DNA from: Bryobacterales bacterium
GTDB taxonomy: Bacteria > Acidobacteriota > Terriglobia > Bryobacterales > UBA6623
Reading direction: 5' to 3'
DNA: 64,000 nt
NCBI GenBank assembly: GCA_963422375.2
Contig: OY729428.2
Coordinates: 3,168,001 to 3,232,000, forward strand
The notes under the pieces were generated by a model. It saw only the letters and a program-made list of their open reading frames with translations. It made no database searches and had not been told where the DNA came from. How positions within the stretch are numbered: the first letter of the stretch is position 1; every line of letters begins with the position of its first letter. Position numbers and translations under genes: made by a program. This document shows, piece by piece, positions 61,323 through 64,000 of this stretch.

Positions 61323-61568
61323 GGCGACTGGATCGCCATGTTTCCCCAACGCGTGCAGGAATCTCTCACGGTCCGCGTCCGCCGGGAGCAGCGAAGTTAG
61401 TACCGCAGCACGAGGGGCTACCAGCGGCCGCCTCGCCCACCAAACATGCAGATAGTCAGTCCGAGGAAGAGCGGTCATCGAGCGACGCTCGCGTGCATCC
61501 TCCTCGCCTAGAGCAGCGATCGGCAGCCAGCGGTCGATCAGCCGGGTATCCGCACCCGGGCTTGACAT
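61323..61568 (-). pseudogene. N-terminal DUF1156 domain of the split methylase gene
   Basis: RLIDRWLPIAALGEE...LHVWWARRPL...AAVLTSLLP; AGGAG RBS 8 nt before ATG 61568. Confidence 0.88.
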
Positions 61569-62075
61569 GGAGTCCACTCCTGAGGAGTCACTCTCCACAT
61601 GATCAGGAGGCGCTATCCCTCTGACCGTCCTGACAACTGTGGAGCCCCGGCGCGAGACGAACACCGCACCAGCAACAACCTTGGCAGTCGCTCGGCGCGC
61701 GGTCGGGGAACCGATATCGAAGTCGTCCAGTCACGGATTTCAATCGACCGCGCATCAGGTCCATCCGCGCCCCGGCCCGTGGAGGAATACCGATGGACCG
61801 GCTTCCGACCAAGGCCGCCGAGGTCACCTCGGGCGGATTCTCGACGGCACACCCCGCGAATCGATCCACCAGCGCGGGCCCTTGCTTCCGAGATTCCGGA
61901 TTTCGGGGCTCCGGCCAGAGCTACCACGGTCAGCCGGAAGGCAGCCGCAGCCAAGTGGCTTTAAGCGGCGGTTTGGGCGTCGCCGCGCCACCAAGCCGAC
62001 CAAGCACTAGCGCCGCAGGCGCATGCGCACGAGCAGGGTGGCAGCAGCGCGGGCCGCCCGAATCGCGGATGGCGC

Positions 62076-64000
62076 TCAGAAGCTGAACTTGATTCCGATC
62101 TGCATGATGCGCGGGTCGTGAGCGCTCGTTACCCGCCCGAACAGCGAGTTGTTGAAGTTCAGCGCCACGCCGTTCCACTGGGGATGGTTGAACGCGTTGA
62201 AGAACTCGCCGCGGATCTGCATTCGCAGTCGCTCGGTCAACTGCGTGTTCTTGGCGAGGGTCAGGTCGAAGTTGGCCAGCCCCGGCAGGCGGATGGGCGC
62301 TCGCGGCGAGTTACCGAAGGTCCCGACCGCCGGCTGCTCGAAGGCCGAGGTGTTGAACCACTTCGCGAGCGATTGCGGGCCGCCGTTCGGCTCGCCGATC
62401 AAGTTCGGACGCTGAGGGCCGCCTCCTCCGACCTTCCCGTTGTCCCCCGAGAGCGTCGGGCCTCCCGCCCGCCCGCTCTGGAAAGTGACGATTCCGGCTA
62501 GCGTCCATCCGCCGAGGATCCTCGCCAAGGCGTCGTCGCGGCCCTTGAAGAACGGCAGTTCGTACAAGAAGTTCGAAATGAACAGATGCGTGCGGTCGAA
62601 ATCCGCCAAGCTCCACTCCGCGGCGAGATTGCGCGGATCCTGTACGGTGTCGCCGATGTTGTCGCCATGGCTCCACGTGCGCGACAGGGTGTAGGCGCTT
62701 TCGAACGCGAGGCCCTGCGCGAACCGCTTGCGCAGGGTGATCTCCAACCCGTTATAGGTCGACGACGCCGAGGGCTCCTGGTAGAGGATGTTGCCGAAGC
62801 CCGGATAGGGGCGGTGCGCGTTGATGCTCCCCGTGCGGTTGGGGTCCGGGGCCGGCCGGTTCAGGTTCGGGCGGATACCGAGGTGCGTGCCGCGGTTGCC
62901 TACGTAGGTGATGTCGATCGAGGTCTGCCGGAAGAGCTCGCGCTGGAGACCGAAGCTCCACTGGTAGCTGGTCGCGGCGTAGCCCTCGGGATCGTGGCCC
63001 TGCACGTTGCTGGGCAGCAGGATGTCGGTGTTGCCGCCCGCGGGGTTGCTCAGCCGCGTGTCGAAGATGACCGGCTGCTGTATGAGCGGGGGCTGGCTGG
63101 AGTTCCTCCCAATGTGGCCCGGGCCGTAGTACACCCCGCCCCCGGCGCGCAGGACGGACCTCTCCGAGAACTTGTAAGCGATCCCGACCCTCGGGCCGAG
63201 ATTGTGGAATCGCTGGCGATAGAGGTCGGCGCCGCCGAACTGCTCGGCCCGCGGGTCGGCGGGCGTGAGCATCCCGTTCAGCAAGTCGCCGCTGCCAGGC
63301 ACGATCCGGCCGTTCGACTGGACCGTGACGGCCTTGGTGGGGTCGTATATCTCCGGCATGAACGCGGAAACCCGCCCGGATTTCTCCTCCCCGAGAACCC
63401 CTTGGAAGATCGACCAGCGGACGCCGTAGTTGATCGTCAGGTCCTGATTGACTTTCCACGAGTCCTGAGCGTAGAAATCCTTCTGCCAAGCGATGAAGTC
63501 GTTGTAGATATTGCCGCCCTGCGCCTCCTGATAGGTGCGGGCGTAGCCGAGGAGAAAGTCTGCCACGGCATGGCCGGACTTCCCGCCGTTGAAGTTGAAC
63601 GATCCTTGTGGCCTGGACGAGGAATCCGTCCACTTGCGAAGCCAGAGAATCTCGGTTCCGAACTTGAAGCTGTGGTTGCCGATCTGTTTGGTCAGGTCAT
63701 CCCGGAAGGTCAGCATGGGATTGCCGTTGTCGTACGGCACGTTGCTCCCGCTCACGCTGCCCCAGCCCTGCGCCAGGATGATATCGGGAATCTTGTTTCC
63801 GGGATTCTCGGGGAAGAGTTCGGGAATCGTCAGCCCGCTCGGGCGCTGCTCCGTGTCCATCAGCGGCCGATGGATTGTGTTCCAAGAGAATCCAAACGTG
63901 AATTCGTTGACCATGGTCGGCGAGACGATTTTCGTCAGGCTGGCGACCAGATTCTTGCCTGGCTTGGAATACGAGGAGTGGATCGTGTCGAACGAGTGGG
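62076..64000 (-). CDS. Oar-like TonB-dependent receptor (5' end outside the window)
   Basis: FYAQDSWKV..LT.NYGVRW, PRVGIAY, YNGLE, EFFNAFNHP and C-terminal PRIMQIGIKFSF. Confidence 0.93.
   Translation of the reverse strand, partial: HSFDTIHSSYSKPGKNLVASLTKIVSPTMVNEFTFGFSWNTIHRPLMDTEQRPSGLTIPELFPENPGNKIPDIILAQGWGSVSGSNVPYDNGNPMLTFRDDLTKQIGNHSFKFGTEILWLRKWTDSSSRPQGSFNFNGGKSGHAVADFLLGYARTYQEAQGGNIYNDFIAWQKDFYAQDSWKVNQDLTINYGVRWSIFQGVLGEEKSGRVSAFMPEIYDPTKAVTVQSNGRIVPGSGDLLNGMLTPADPRAEQFGGADLYRQRFHNLGPRVGIAYKFSERSVLRAGGGVYYGPGHIGRNSSQPPLIQQPVIFDTRLSNPAGGNTDILLPSNVQGHDPEGYAATSYQWSFGLQRELFRQTSIDITYVGNRGTHLGIRPNLNRPAPDPNRTGSINAHRPYPGFGNILYQEPSASSTYNGLEITLRKRFAQGLAFESAYTLSRTWSHGDNIGDTVQDPRNLAAEWSLADFDRTHLFISNFLYELPFFKGRDDALARILGGWTLAGIVTFQSGRAGGPTLSGDNGKVGGGGPQRPNLIGEPNGGPQSLAKWFNTSAFEQPAVGTFGNSPRAPIRLPGLANFDLTLAKNTQLTERLRMQIRGEFFNAFNHPQWNGVALNFNNSLFGRVTSAHDPRIMQIGIKFSF

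Noticed and set aside
61928..61955. SRP RNA (CCGGAAGGCAGC, also near 34988)
   Set aside because: Does not match the CAGGTCCGGAAGGAAGCAGC helix and has no enclosing long stem
1..64000. CRISPR array, cas genes, rRNA or intact prophage
   Set aside because: No regularly spaced repeats, rRNA signatures or structural phage genes seen by eye

Overview
High-GC bacterial window, most consistent with an Acidobacteriota (Bryobacterales-like) genome, judged from a TIGR03437-type C-terminal domain, an Oar-like TonB-dependent receptor and two PSCyt/DUF1549/DUF1553-DUF1501 pairs. Intact content: bioB-bioF-bioD followed by a small RHH protein and a DUF106-like membrane protein; a PfkB kinase; an S8 protease; a sugar porter; a GH95 fucosidase; an MBL-fold hydrolase; two cytochrome c/DUF1501 gene pairs; two tRNA-Arg genes; an aldo-keto reductase; three sulfatases; three secreted PHP-like metallohydrolases; a PepSY-TM protein with a Fur-like box; a CusCBA efflux operon with an extra secreted gene; a DAACS symporter; an FG-GAP lipoprotein; and a partial TonB-dependent receptor. 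Decayed content: a C5 DNA methyltransferase, a Uma2 nuclease, a nucleotidyltransferase pair, and a DUF1156 adenine methylase split by about 6 kb of mobile DNA (IS5/IS1182-like inside IS1595 inside ISNCY, plus IS1634, group II intron RT and TSCPD fragments). All family calls come from motif recognition by eye; no searches were run.
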